Origin: Nageia nagi
Taxonomy: Eukaryota; Plantae; Pinophyta
Length of the DNA stretch: 64,000 nucleotides
Reading direction: 5' to 3'
Assembly (NCBI GenBank): GCA_050084985.1
Contig: JBITNC010000001.1
Location: forward strand, 67,332,001-67,396,000
The notes below the pieces were generated by a model. The model had not been told where the DNA came from, did not search any database, and saw only the letters and a program-made list of their open reading frames with translations. Each line of letters begins with the position of its first letter. The first letter of the stretch is position 1. This document shows, piece by piece, positions 50,806 through 63,856 of the stretch. The translations under genes were made by a program, and so were the position numbers.

Positions 50806-53539
50806 TCACTCATGTACCCCATGTGAGTCTTTACTATCCCCTCCTTCCCTATTGGATTCTAGATCCAACTGGCCATTTTTACTTATCAATTTCTAATTTT
50901 CTTCGATCATACATTGAAGTTTTCCAACCAACCTATTATCCAACATCATCTTTTCCTATAATATTTATTTGTTTCTTTCCTTCCATACTTCCTAGAGAAT
51001 ATGAGGAAGTACCATAGCCCAACACCTCTTTTCCTCCTTCCCAATCATCATAGGGGCTATTTTGAGATCAACTTCATTATGTCAATCTCAAATTCAAATC
51101 TTTTCTCCTTTAGGATACCTTTCCACACCTCTTAAGTAAATTGGTAAAATTGGCACAAGTGATTTACCGTTTCCTCATCATTGTAGCATAGAGAGCATCT
51201 ATTTACTAAAATTTGCCCCTTCTTTCTTAGATTGTCAAATTTTAGTATCCTTTTCCTAAACACTAGCCATAGGAAGTGAGTTACCTTACAACTTAAAACC
51301 CTAGAAATCTTCCTTTACCTACTGATTAGATTATGGATAAATAAAAATTTGCTTTTATTAAAGTTTATTTATTGTTGAGATGACCCTTCATAGAGCTAAA
51401 GGAACCTTAAGTAATTCCTTGCTTCAATCATCAAAGTCTTTCCAACTATAATTGTATCATCCACAAACTAGCTATGGGTGCTAATTACTATCGCATTAGA
51501 AGGTCTAATTCTGTTGGATTTTTTAACTCTTCTCCATTCCATAATCCTCCTTACTAAGGCTTTTTCCATTAGGATGAATAAATATGGAGAGATTGGGTCA
51601 CCTTATCTAAGTCCCCTTTTTGATTGAAAAAACTAGGAGACTTTCCATTAATTAGAACAGAGAATGAGATCATAGATATAAACTGATTTATGTTCAAATT
51701 ATAGAGAAACCAAATTTCTCACAAATATTATCTAAAAAGGTCCAATTTATGCTATCATAGACCTTTTGAATATCTAATTTCAATAGAAAATTCATAATAT
51801 TCTTTATCTATGCTATGTGTAATACCTCATGCATCTCTATAATCCCATCAACAATATTTCTCCCTTGAACAAGTCCTCCATGTTCTAGAGAGATAAGGTG
51901 AGGGATGATCAAATCTAACTTGTTAGCCAATGTTTTAGCAAGGATCTTATAAACTACATTATAGAGACTGATTGGATGGAACTGCTTGTAATCTTTGGCA
52001 TCCAAGAATTTGAGAATTAGTGATATAAATGTAGCATTCCAAGCCTTGAGGATTTTCTCAAAGGATTAAATTTATCTTACAGAGTTAGTGACCTTTGAAC
52101 CCATAATACCCTAGAATGTCTAAAAAAATTCTGTGGGGAACCCATATGGACCTAGGGATTTGTTATGGGCCATGGAAAAGACTATATTCTCGATTTTCAT
52201 ATCAAAGAAAGGCATAGTGAGTCTCTAATTTTGCTCATCAGTCACTAGCTTTGGGATGTTTTCCAAAATATCCCTCATCTGGACATTATCAAGTTCTTAT
52301 TCCATGGATAATAGTTAATGAAAGAATATAATATCTATTTATTTTATTTCTTTAATATCCTGTGTGAGTTCTCCTTGAGCATTTTTTATTTTCAAAATCT
52401 TATTTTTTGTTCTATGCTTGAAGGTAGTCATTTTGAAAATTATTATGTGATGGTCACCTTCTTCAAACCATGTTATTCTTGATTTTTATCTTCATTTTAT
52501 TTCTTCCTTTCCTAAAGTGTTATGAAGGTCACATAACACTTCCTTCTCTTCCCTTTTTAGATCATCTAAAAATCCTATGGCTTCCATTCTCTTCCTAATT
52601 TTAGATATTCTTACTTTCAATTATTCCTTCTTTTCTTCAATTCTACCAAACACTTCTTTGTTCCAAAATTTGATTTGTTTCTTCACATTTTGTAATTTTT
52701 TTGTTATGATGAACATATTAGTCTTGTATATTGGTAGGTTCCATCATTTTTTGATCTTTTCCTCTAAATTTGGGTAACTCAACCATATATTTTCAAATAT
52801 GAAGGGACTATTTTTGGCTACACAATTCTTTATGTCAAGTAATATTTCATTATGATCTGAACCAACTCGTGACAAAACCTGTAGTTGATATTTGGGTAAA
52901 TTCTGAATCCATTCTTGGGATGAAAATATTCTATCCAATCTACTCATAATCAGCTTCCCCCAACTTGCCTATTTGTCCAGGTGTACTTGGTACCATGAAT
53001 TCTAAGGTCTGATAAGCCCATGTTAGTCTGAAAGTTCCTAAGACCCTTCATTTCAAACACTTGGGGACCATCTAAAACTCTCCCCAACTTTTCCTCTAAA
53101 CATAATGGGGAGTTGAAATCTCTTGTGAGGATCAATATCTCATTTTCCTTTTCCTTGAGGATCTCTTAAAAAACTTTCCAAAGTTTCCTTCTTTCCAATA
53201 GTTTGTTTGGTGCATAAATAATAATGGTATTCATTTTCTTTCTGGATACTATGCGGGTGAGTGTCATCAAAATGAAATCGATGTTTAATTTCATAATAGA
53301 GCCATAAAAGAGATTTAGATTCCATAAAAATAGAATTCCCCATGCACTCCCCTGAGTTGGGATATATGCCATATCTGCTTGAGCCAAAATTCTTTGCTTA
53401 ATCATTTTAAACTTAGTCTCTTTGAATTTTGTTTCCTAAAGGAACACTAAATTAGGCTTTGCTTCCTACAAATATCTCACAGAAGCCTTACTTCTAATGG
53501 GACACTTAACCCACTCACATTCCATGAGAGAACTATCAT
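50806..53539 (-). pseudogene. LINE ORF2, copy 2
   Basis: ORFs 53166-53405, 52950-53135, 52744-52947 and 51808-52005. zf-RVT reads KVTHFLWLVFRKRILKFDNLRKKGQILVNRCSLCYNDEETVNHL, followed by EVWKERN. Confidence 0.93.
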
Positions 53540-54216
53540 TGGGCATCTAGTTTAGAGGTTATTCTACCTTCGAAGGTATCCAAAGTGCCTTGCTTACCAT
53601 CTGCTATATTCCTTTTTGTTTCCTTCATTCTTGCTCCTCCAAGAGTTGGTCTTCTTTTTGATAAACTTTTGGCAATTATTTATCTCTCAAATTGAGTTTC
53701 TTTTACAATTGTATCATTTGAGTTTTAGGGGCTCTTTATTATTCTTCTTCTTCTACCTTCCACATTCTTCCGTTTTTCATTCAGGTTTTGCAAGAGTTGT
53801 CCCTCCTTAATTATCATTAGATTGTTATTTGGTATAATATCCACTTCATTTTCATCTTCATCTTCCTCACTTGCCTCATCTCTTTGATTGTCTTTATTAA
53901 TTTCCCCTTACTTAGGACCTTCCCCTTTTGCTACTTCCTCTAAATGAGCCTCCTCTTGTGGCTATTTTGGTCTCCACTCCTTTTCTTCTAAAACTCTCTT
54001 TGGGGCATGATTTTAGAATATGAAAGACTTGATTACATAGGGAACAAAGATAATTATTAGTTTCATATTTTATTTCTTCATCTTTATAGCCCTATGGTAG
54101 TAGCATGCCACCATGTGAATTTTTTATTTCTTCATCTTTATAACCCTAGCTATAAGTCTATAAATATATGTTTCCATGTAGTTCCTATTCTAGTTATTAC
54201 AATTCCAAATCAAGAA

Positions 54217-55580
54217 ATGGAAGATTCACCAAGTTAGCATTCCATTTCTATAAGTCAGTCGATGCAACCTACATCATCTACTCCTACTTCAGGTAAATAT
54301 TTTTGAATTTTTTTCTAAATTTTTTATCTATTATAAATGAATTCATAATACATAATTTTTTGATATAGATGGTAGGTCAGGTTTTAAAAAAAATAGATCA
54401 CTTAATACCACCTATTCCACATTTAGTATCCACAAGAGGAGTAAAAAAATGTCTCAATTTATACCAGGATCATCCTTCTATGAACAATAAAATATTTAGC
54501 TTATCAATAATCTCTTCTTTTGTTGATCTTGATTTAGAGAATGTACAAAGTGTTAGCATTACCAGTTTGTGAAATATACCATTGTATGTGGATTATTTGG
54601 GAATTGATAGTCATACAAATACTCAATTGAGTACCCATGATATTATTTAGATTCAAGTTAATGTTTCATAATATTCTCATCCTCAACAGACAAGTTCTGC
54701 ACCACATCCACAAAATGTAGAGGATACTATTGGTAAAATGGATGATGAATTCACATCCTTTTCATTGAATGCACTTATTTCAAATGATACTTTGGCATAA
54801 TTAAATGATGTTGTACTAGATAATATCAATACTTTAAATATGTGGGAAGTATAGGCCAAATAATTGATAGAGTAAATCAATACCCATTATCATTATCATA
54901 ATGATTCTCAATGGGTTTCTTTGTATAAATTGGTTGAGAATGAACTTATCAAAATAGAAATTTTAAGGGATCAAGAACAAGTAGGTTCAATCAATGTGCA
55001 AGGTGGATATGATGATAATGTAATGAGTATTATGTGTAACCATTTGGAAAATCTTAATGCAGAAGCTCAATCTTATTATGACCTATGGTTGATAGAAGGT
55101 TTTTTGGTAGAAATTACAAATGAAGAAAAGGAATAAGCTAAGGTAACAACCTACTTTCCAATATTTACATATTTTTATTTATTCTTAAAAAATCTAAATT
55201 TCTTGAGTTTTAACATTTGTATATTGTTATTTAACTGCAAGCAAGTTATGATAAATTGATAAAAAGATGTTCAAATATTTAATATTCATTTGAAAACTGC
55301 AAACAAAAGTGTAAGTATGACCATTCAAATGAAAGATGAAATTACTTAATTAAGAAAAATGAATAATGCTTATATTCTAACAATCAAGGAGCATCAAATT
55401 AATCCAGATATCATATGGAAAGAGAAAACATGTGTAGATCTAAATTTACTTTCAATAGATAATGCATCTACCTCAGAATGAGATATATTATCTAATCTTG
55501 TTGAAGAAGTTGTTGTTGTTGGTATTTCTTTAGATGAGCTAGAGGGTTCAAAAGGAGAAGAAGGAGGAGAGGCATCTTAA
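54217..55580 (+). pseudogene. Unknown three-exon gene, copy 2
   Basis: Duplicate of 34049-35418. Includes ORFs 54369-54572 and 54921-55136. Confidence 0.55.
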
Positions 55581-56109
55581 TTTGATTTCTTACTATTGAT
55601 ACTACTTTGGTTTAAATTATTATTGAGACTACTTTGATGGTTTAAAGTACTTGTGTGGTTAAAGTACTTTAGTTTAAGACTATTTTTAATATTCTTTCAA
55701 AATGGTTGAATGTTGTGTTATGTTATGGTTGAATTTTATGTTATGTTTGAAATATTATATTTTTTTTAAATTTAAATATTTGATATGAAAATGTTACAAT
55801 TGAATGTTATATTATGGTTTAATTTTATGTTATAGTTAAATGTTATGCTATGTTTGAAATACTATGTTTGTTCAAATTTAAATAGTTGATATGAAAATGT
55901 TTAATTTAAAATGGATTTCAAAAATGTTTTAATGTTTTATAAGAAAATAATTTATACAAAAATAACATGTAACAAATACTTTACACAAAAATGTAAAAAT
56001 ACTAACTTAAATTTGGTTAACAAACTGAAAGATACATAACAAATTTGATTAATAATGATTTTTTGGTGTTGGTGTGTAAGGTTTTTTTGAAGAATTTTCT
56101 TCATGATTG

Positions 56110-56981
56110 TCTAAACCTATCCTTTGTGCAATAGAAAATCAAATATCCACTACCCTTTCTATGGAAAAGAATCCATAGCATAAGGGAAAACATATAATGT
56201 AATGCATGTATCCAAGTTTTTTTCTAGTTTATTTCGAGGTTTGGATTAAATAAAAGATAAAGCACTGAATACTTTTTCATCTTCAATAGAACCCAAAATC
56301 ATTGTTTGACATAATTCATATAATCTGAAATACTCACTAACATTATCTCGAATAACTGTATTGGGATGAAGTTTTATTTAAATATGTTTAATGGCACCAT
56401 TTTCTACGAGTTTTGATAATATAGAGTATTGATAAATCATAGAAATTCCAAAATGGTCGGCTTATTTTTTCAACAACTATTTATTTAACATACCATTAAA
56501 TTTTATTCTATTTACTTCTATATCTTTACCAAAATGTGATCCACAAATTACCATATTTTTTGTAAAATAAATCACGAATTAACTATTCACCATTATTTGT
56601 ATTCAAAAATTTAGGGTTCATCATAACCATTGATTCAATTAAATCATCTCTTTGAAAGCATTCATGTATTTCATTGGCTAAGATTGTAGAAATATTTCTC
56701 AAATTAATCCATGTACCATAAATACAATTATTGAAAAGAAGATGATTTATAGGTTCATCTTCATATTTTGCTCTAAACAAGTCTCTTTGAATACTTTGAA
56801 CATGCAATGGTATCAAATTTCCTTTCATGTTTATACAAAGATGATCATAGACATTAAATTTCAAAAAATTGTTTGGATATTTAACATTTGTTAAAGTTTA
56901 CCATATTTGAAATAAAGGACCTTTAAAATTGTCTTCACCTATATAAAGCATATCCAAAGATAGAGATACCCATTTTCTCAA

Positions 56982-57078
<97 letters not shown>

Positions 57079-58600
57079 AATTCATATTTCTTGAGTATGT
57101 TTCATTAAAGTATTGATTTCCTATAACATTGGAAGAATTCCACATAATGTTAGCAATTTTTGAAAATCTATCAAATAGAATAGTAAATCTTTTGGTTTAT
57201 CAACTTCATTATGGTGTTCATACATATAATAGTTAAATATGGATATTCAAGCAAAACTCTTTTTGTTGGTTCATACAATGAAATCCATCTTGTATCAACA
57301 TCTTTTAAAAGCTTATTTATGTCAATTATTCCAATATAAATTTTTTTGAACTCCCTATATGTTTTTGGGATTCTTGTGATATATGCATGCAAGTCACAAA
57401 TAAGCTCTTCTACTTTTGATATGCTTATAAAAGTTCTAACAATTCTATATGCAAGGTTCATTCTATGTGCCATACAATGAATGGGAATCATATATGGAGC
57501 AACTATAGTCTATAATCTAACATAAAGCATTATTATTACCTTACATTACTAATGCACCATATGCTCCAACACATATCAATTTTGTTGTAATTTCATAATC
57601 ATCCATTCCAACAAAATCTTTTAAGTTAGAAACAACTAACTCGTAAATATTTTTTGCATTGTAATTTTCTTCTATTTTATGAACATTCAATAGATATGGT
57701 ATCCTACAATTATTCTAAAAAGTGTATACATGCAAGCAAATCCATGAAGTATTGTCCACTACTATAACTTCATCAGGTGAAAGTGAAATAAATTATGATT
57801 TTTTAACATTTTCTTTTAAATTATCAATCTCAACCATTGATAAAAAGTTTTCTATTTTACAAGCACTTATTTCTAACCAATGCTTTTATGGTATATTTTG
57901 TAATCCAACTCTTTAATATAAAACTTTAAAATTTATAAAATCAAAAATAGGTCTCCCATGTTTAAGAATATGGAAGATAGTACATAATTGAGTAAATTTT
58001 GTTGATCTTTTTGCATCAGTAATTTTTTCAAAATATGTTTCTAGTGTTCCACCTTTCCCTTGTAGATCTTATTTTTCCTTCATGTACTTCTCATATTCTT
58101 CTTGATATCGTAAATGATTGCACTCATCTTCAATTCTATCTCTATAACACTTAATTATCTGTCCATTTTTATCTATTTTTTATAATATAATTTACAATAA
58201 TATTTTTGGATTGTATCTATTTTTAGTTGCATTCGATGTTCTCTTTTTATTGCTCAAAAACATATCTTACATTTGCATTATGGATATTTCCATCACCATG
58301 GTCAATTGGTTCAATGAATGAATATTTTACCATTCAATCAAACTGAAAAACTCTTCCAATATTCCATTTCGTGCTTCATTTTCTTTTCAACTTACAATTA
58401 TTTTTTTTGTATATTTTCTATAGATTTGTTTGTATATTTTTTTGAACATTTTTCAGTAGATGTGTTCAAATTATCATCATGCAAAGGTGGTCCATTTGTA
58501 GGGTACTCAATTATGAGCGGTTATACATCAATTGCAACAAAAATATTATCATCAGGTGGTCCATGATTATTGGGGTTTTTTGCATATTGAATATAAAAGG
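56110..58600 (-). pseudogene. ZNF862-like hAT transposase, copy 2
   Basis: PIHCMAHRMNLA, DVDTRWIS, MILGSIEDEKVFSAL. Confidence 0.85.
56984..57079. repeat. (TA)n microsatellite, ~96 bp
   Basis: Read directly. The paralogous sites have only ~15-17 bp (36798-36812 and 62247-62263). Confidence 0.98.
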
Positions 58601-58899
58601 ATATATCTTATAATTTAACATTTACATTGTATTTTAAATATATCAAAGATACTATATTTGGAATTGCAAGTCTTATATTAAAAATTACAGATAAGTAAGA
58701 TAAGTACCTATATTGATTGAAGATTCTTGTTGAGTTCCTTCATTTTATGATTTTCCATTAGAAAAATAATATAATATACCATTTTTTCATCCCCTTTTGC
58801 TATTATTCCTAGAATCTATAGAATCTGCAATTAACACATGAACCAAAAAATTTAATATTGTACCAAACAGAGGAAGATTAGAAAATCATTGAACTAATA

Positions 58900-59190
58900 C
58901 GACCACTATATGAAGGTAAAATGCTACTGGATGGTAGCATGCCTTTGAATGATAGCATCATACTACTAAAAGGTAGCTTTCTACTACCATTTGAAGGTAT
59001 GCTATCATCCAAAGGTATTATGCTACCAATCGATAGCATAATGCTACCATTTGGAGGTAGTATGCTACCATCTAAAGGAAGATGCCACCGTTTGGATGCA
59101 GATGCCATCATATAGAGATAGATACCACCATTTGAAATTAGATGCCTCCATTAAAAAGAAAAAGTAACCATTTAGAGGTAGATGCCATTG
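58900..59190. repeat. 20-21 bp minisatellite with dyad symmetry (ATGCTACCATTTGAAGGTAGC-like)
   Basis: More than ten degenerate units, each with GCTACC...GGTAGC inverted arms. Lies in a ~1 kb segment (58779-59808) missing from copy 1. Confidence 0.8.
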
Positions 59191-59809
59191 AGTTTTATAA
59201 ACACAACTACACATATTATGAAATATAACAATACTAAGAATAATATCTCACTGATTATCATAACACTTTTAAGATCTTATGTTGAAAAACTCACTCAAAG
59301 ATGATATAGAAGAAAATAATAATAGATGTATCGAATTTAGATTAAGGTATTTATATTGGGCAATTTAGTTAAAATATAAATAATAATTTATAATTTCAAG
59401 GTTGAATCGGCTATTCACTATTTCAAAATATTGGTAAAAAAATAAAACTTTGATTTAAAATATTAATTTAACTTGGCAACCTAGGCCATTAAAAAATAAT
59501 TGGTGATAAGGGTGTTATTGTAACCCAAACAATTCACCAATATCTATTTTTAGAATTTTTTAAATTCACTTATTAGTGAATATTTGTGACTAAAATGAAC
59601 CCTTCATAGGATATACAAAGGAACTTGAGGATATAGAGTGTTATGTGAATCTTGATGCTTCCCAATGAGTTTTATATCCTAGAATGTTAGAGAGATGATA
59701 GACCCAAAACATAAATATTCAATCTATAGGGAGATTAAAAAGGTTTCTTCTCAGTATGGTAAACCTAATTTTTTATGTATGTAAGAAGAGAATATTTGAC
59801 TTTAATTTG

Positions 59810-62190
59810 TAGTATACTAGTTCCATTATATGGCATAGAAACCATTTCTATTCTACTAATTATCTTCAAGGTAGAGGTGATGTAATCACCTTTATGCCAC
59901 CTAAGTGGAATTCTTTTTTTGTATCAAGGATGTGGATCCTTCCAATCAAGCAAATTGGACCATTTTATTTTTATTTTTATGGATAACCATTTGGGATTAT
60001 CAACATCTATACCTCCAATCATGGCCCTGATATATGTGTGATATGGCATTGGATAGATTTATATTTACACTAATATATTTAGATTTTTTATGGTGGATTC
60101 AATATGATTGAAAATATGGAAGATAAGATGGGCCACCTTCCTATGCATTGGTGCATCAATGAGTGGGATGCATGGTTTTTTGTAAAAAAATAAGCTTGTG
60201 TTGCTTATTCCTCCACTAAGGAATTGCTTGAGTTTCTTTGGTTCACTTGGTCTAGTATTCAACTTGGAGGTGATATATTTTTAAAAATATTAGACCATGC
60301 AATGCTCATCAACTACTCTAGGTTTATTTTTCATAAAGTTTCTTACTTAACACCTTCTATTGTGGAGAATATAGGTAATACAATATCATATCACACACCC
60401 ATTATTTTTAATGTTGCATCATCAGTAAGTGTTTGCCTCTAGAGAATTAAGTCTTGATAGATAAGCTTCCATTTTTAAGTATTACGTTAAAGTCCTTGAG
60501 AATCTATCTCCATATTTAAAAGAAGCATGTCATTGCCGCTCTTTTTTGAGGATACATAATAGGATCATTGCTATGTGACAAATGAAAATTATTCTAGGTT
60601 GGATGGTTTTTCTCATGTGTTCTATAAAGGGCTCTAGGATGTGGTTTGCCCATAACTCCTTTGTGTCTATCAAGAGGGTATGGAAAAGGGCCTTTTGGGT
60701 TAGGTAATCAATAACGGTAACATTAAGTTTATTCCAAAGTCTATATACCTCAAGATCATCACAAAATAGAGGCATATTACTTTGTTCAATGTGAGCTATA
60801 AGATTATAACAAAAGATTTAGCTTTGAGACTCAAAACTTTGCTCCCCTTGATTATCTGACTTGAAAAATAAGCTTTATTAATAATAGATACATTCTTGAT
60901 CATGTAATTATTATTTGAGAATGCATGGAATGGAATTGAGCTTTCCAATAAGAAGAACTATGATAAAATTGAATGGATTTCATACTTATCATGCTCAAAG
61001 AACTTGAGTTTGGCCTTTGTTTTCTTAATTCTATTCAAATGCTTTTAAACATACCTCAGTGGTGATTACAATTGATGTCATTTAAATAAATACTATTATA
61101 CCTTTTAGATCAATTTAAGGTAGGGCTATCCTCTTGTTCCCTCTTTATATGTGCTTGATGTAGAAGCCTTTGACTATTTATTAGCCAATAAATCCTCTTA
61201 GGCGATGATCTATGGAATTTATATTATAGGTAATCATGGGTAGCTAATTAATGGTTATTTTGAATATGAATCCTTATTTACCATAAATGAATATAATAAG
61301 ATGGTATCTCAATCCCCATCCTACCTCAACACCTTATGTAAAGCTTCAAGTTTGAGTATTCAATGGAAGAAGAGTTCATGTTATAGATAATCCCTTAAGG
61401 ATATGTTAGTGTGACTCAATTATTTTCAATGATAGTGAATTCAACCAATGGAGATGTTTAAATTCTTAGGAATTCCTTTTTTTTTTTCAAAGCACCCTGA
61501 CATGATTATAGGACTACATTATTCATAGGGTTAAGAAAAAAATATCTTATTAGGTATCTAAAAAGTTTCCCCTAGTTAGTAAATTTTAAATTTGCTCAGA
61601 AATTCTTGCTTATATGCATGTTTATCATTATTCTTAGTCATTGTTATCATAATCTTATTATAATAAGCTCAAAAATATTCTCAGGTATTTCTTATAGGCC
61701 AACACTAAGAAAAAAATACTTCCATAGAGTACCTTAAGAATTTTGTTACCTTTCCAAAAGCACAAGGGGCATAAGAATTTTTAACTATCAACAATAAGGT
61801 ATCACCTTGAGTACTAAATGGGTCATTATATATTTGAAGGGCTCAGGGTCATGGAAGGTCTTAATCCATCACTATGTATCTTAAGGATCACCTTTTGGTA
61901 AAAAAATTAGAAATATATTAACTTATCTTCCATTGTTGTAACCTTAGTCCTTGTTAAAATTCTAGGCTCTTTTGTAATCAAAAGTATCCAGAAGGGTTGG
62001 TAGGTTGTCAAACCATGGTTCTAATGGAAAGGAGTAAGTCATTTCATAGGATCCTTCTTATCTTCTCTTTATATGTTATTATTTGAACTAGTTGTTAAAT
62101 TGTAAGGCTTGCCCTTGGCTAGCATCCAATGGATTCACACTTAAAGGTTTTTCAAGAAAGGAATCCCATTCATTTATAATTTCTTCAATT
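59810..62190 (+). mobile_element. Decayed plus-strand LINE, copy 2 (internal deletion, 3' truncated)
   Basis: Colinear with 38513-41364 but lacking ~39115-39600. Confidence 0.8.
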
Positions 62191-62191
62191 A

Positions 62192-63856
62192 CTCAAAGAT
62201 AGAGATACCCATTTTCTCAAAGATAGAGATACCCATTTTCTCAAAGATATATATATATATATAATTCATCTTTCTTGAGTATGTTTCATTAAAGTATTGA
62301 TTTCCTATAACATTGGAAGAATTCCACATAATGTTAACAATTTTTGAAAATCTATCAAATAGAATAGTAAATCTTTTGGTTTATCAACTTCATTATGGTG
62401 TTCATACATATAATAGTTAAAGATGGATATTCAAGCAAAACTCTTTTTGTTGGTTCATACAATGAAATCCATCTTGTATCAACATATTTTAAAAGCTTAT
62501 TTATGTCAATTATTCCAATAGAAAAAATTTTAAACTCCCTATATATTTTTGGGATTCTTGTGATATATGCATGCAAGTCATGAATAAGCTCTTCTACTTT
62601 TGATATGCTTATAAAACTTCTAACAATTCCATATGCAAGGTTCATTCTATGTGCCATACAATGAATGGGAATCATATATGGAGCAACTATAGTCTATAAT
62701 CTAACATAAAGCATTATTATTACCTTACATTACTAATGCACCATCTGCTCCAACACATATCAATTTTGTAGTAATTTCATAATCATCCATTCCAACAAAA
62801 TCTTTTAAGTTAGAAATAACTAACTCGTAAATATTTTTTGCACTGTAATTTTCTTCTATTTTATGAACATTCAATAGATATGGTATCCTACAATTATTCT
62901 AAAAAGTGTATACATGCAAGCAAATCCATGAAGTATTTTCCACTACTATAACTTCATCAAGTGAAAGTGAAATAAATTATGATTTTTTAACATTTTCTTT
63001 TAAATTATCAATCTCAACCATTGATAAAAATTTTTCTATTTTCCAAGCACTTATCTCTAACCAATGCTTTTATGGTATATTTTGTAATCCAACTCTTTGA
63101 TATAAAACTTTAAAATTTATAAAATAAAAAATAGGCCTCCCATGTTTAAGAATATGGAAGATAGTACATAATTGAGTAAATTTTGTTGATCTTTTTGCAT
63201 CAGTAATTTTTTTAAAATATGTTTCTAGTGTTCCACCTTTCCCTTGTAGATCTTATTTTTCCTTCATGTACTTCTCATATTCTTCCTGATATCGTAAATG
63301 ATTGCACTCATCTTCAATTCTATCTCTATAACACTTAATTATCTGTCCATTTTTATCTATTTTTTATAATATAATTTACCATAATATTTTTGGATTGTAT
63401 CTATTTTTAGTTGCATTTGATGTTCTCTTTTTATTGCCCAAAAATATATCTTACATTTGCATTATGGATATTTCCATCACCATGGTCAATTGGTTCAATG
63501 AATGAATATTTTACCATTCAATCAACCTGAAAAACTCTTCCAATATTCCATTTCGTGCTTCATTTTCTTTTCAACTTACAATTATTTTTTTTTGTAGATT
63601 TTCTATAGATTTGTTAGTATAATTTTTTGAACATTTTTCAATAGATGTGTTCAAATTATCATCATGCCAAGGTGGTCCATTTGTAGGGTACTCAATTATG
63701 AGCGGTTATACATCAATTGCAACAAAAATATTATCATCAGGTGGTCCATGATTATTGAGGTTTTTTGCATATTGAATGTAAAAGGATATATCTTATAATT
63801 CAACATTTACATTATATTTTAAATATATCAAAGATAATATATTTGGAATTGCAAGT
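62192..63856 (-). pseudogene. ZNF862-like hAT transposase, third (N-terminal half) copy
   Basis: ORF 62355-62675 (MIPIHCMAHRMNLAY...DTRWIS), colinear with 36768-38405. Confidence 0.88.

Larger units (their letters stand above)
49021..54085 (-). mobile_element. L1 LINE with ORF3, copy 2
   Basis: Same insertion site and same 5' truncation as 29037-33925. Retains ~180 bp (50940-51125) deleted in copy 1. Confidence 0.92.
47914..62191. repeat. Segmental duplicate of 27919-41364 (direct, ~20 kb offset)
   Basis: Colinear near-identical ORF pairs, e.g. 32577/52744, 33449/53616, 34522/54683, 36904/57171, 39706/60530. Confidence 0.97.

Noticed and set aside
58878-59115. Overlapping 77-aa and 64-aa ORFs as genes
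   Set aside because: They are by-products of the 21-bp repeat period.
58900-59190. CRISPR-like array of palindromic repeats
   Set aside because: The units are contiguous and degenerate with no unique spacers, there are no cas genes, and the context is plant TE DNA.
59505-59530. gggtgttattgtaaccc as a hAT TIR or Helitron 3' hairpin
   Set aside because: No matching inverted partner was found at the other end, and there is no CTRR terminus at the expected distance.
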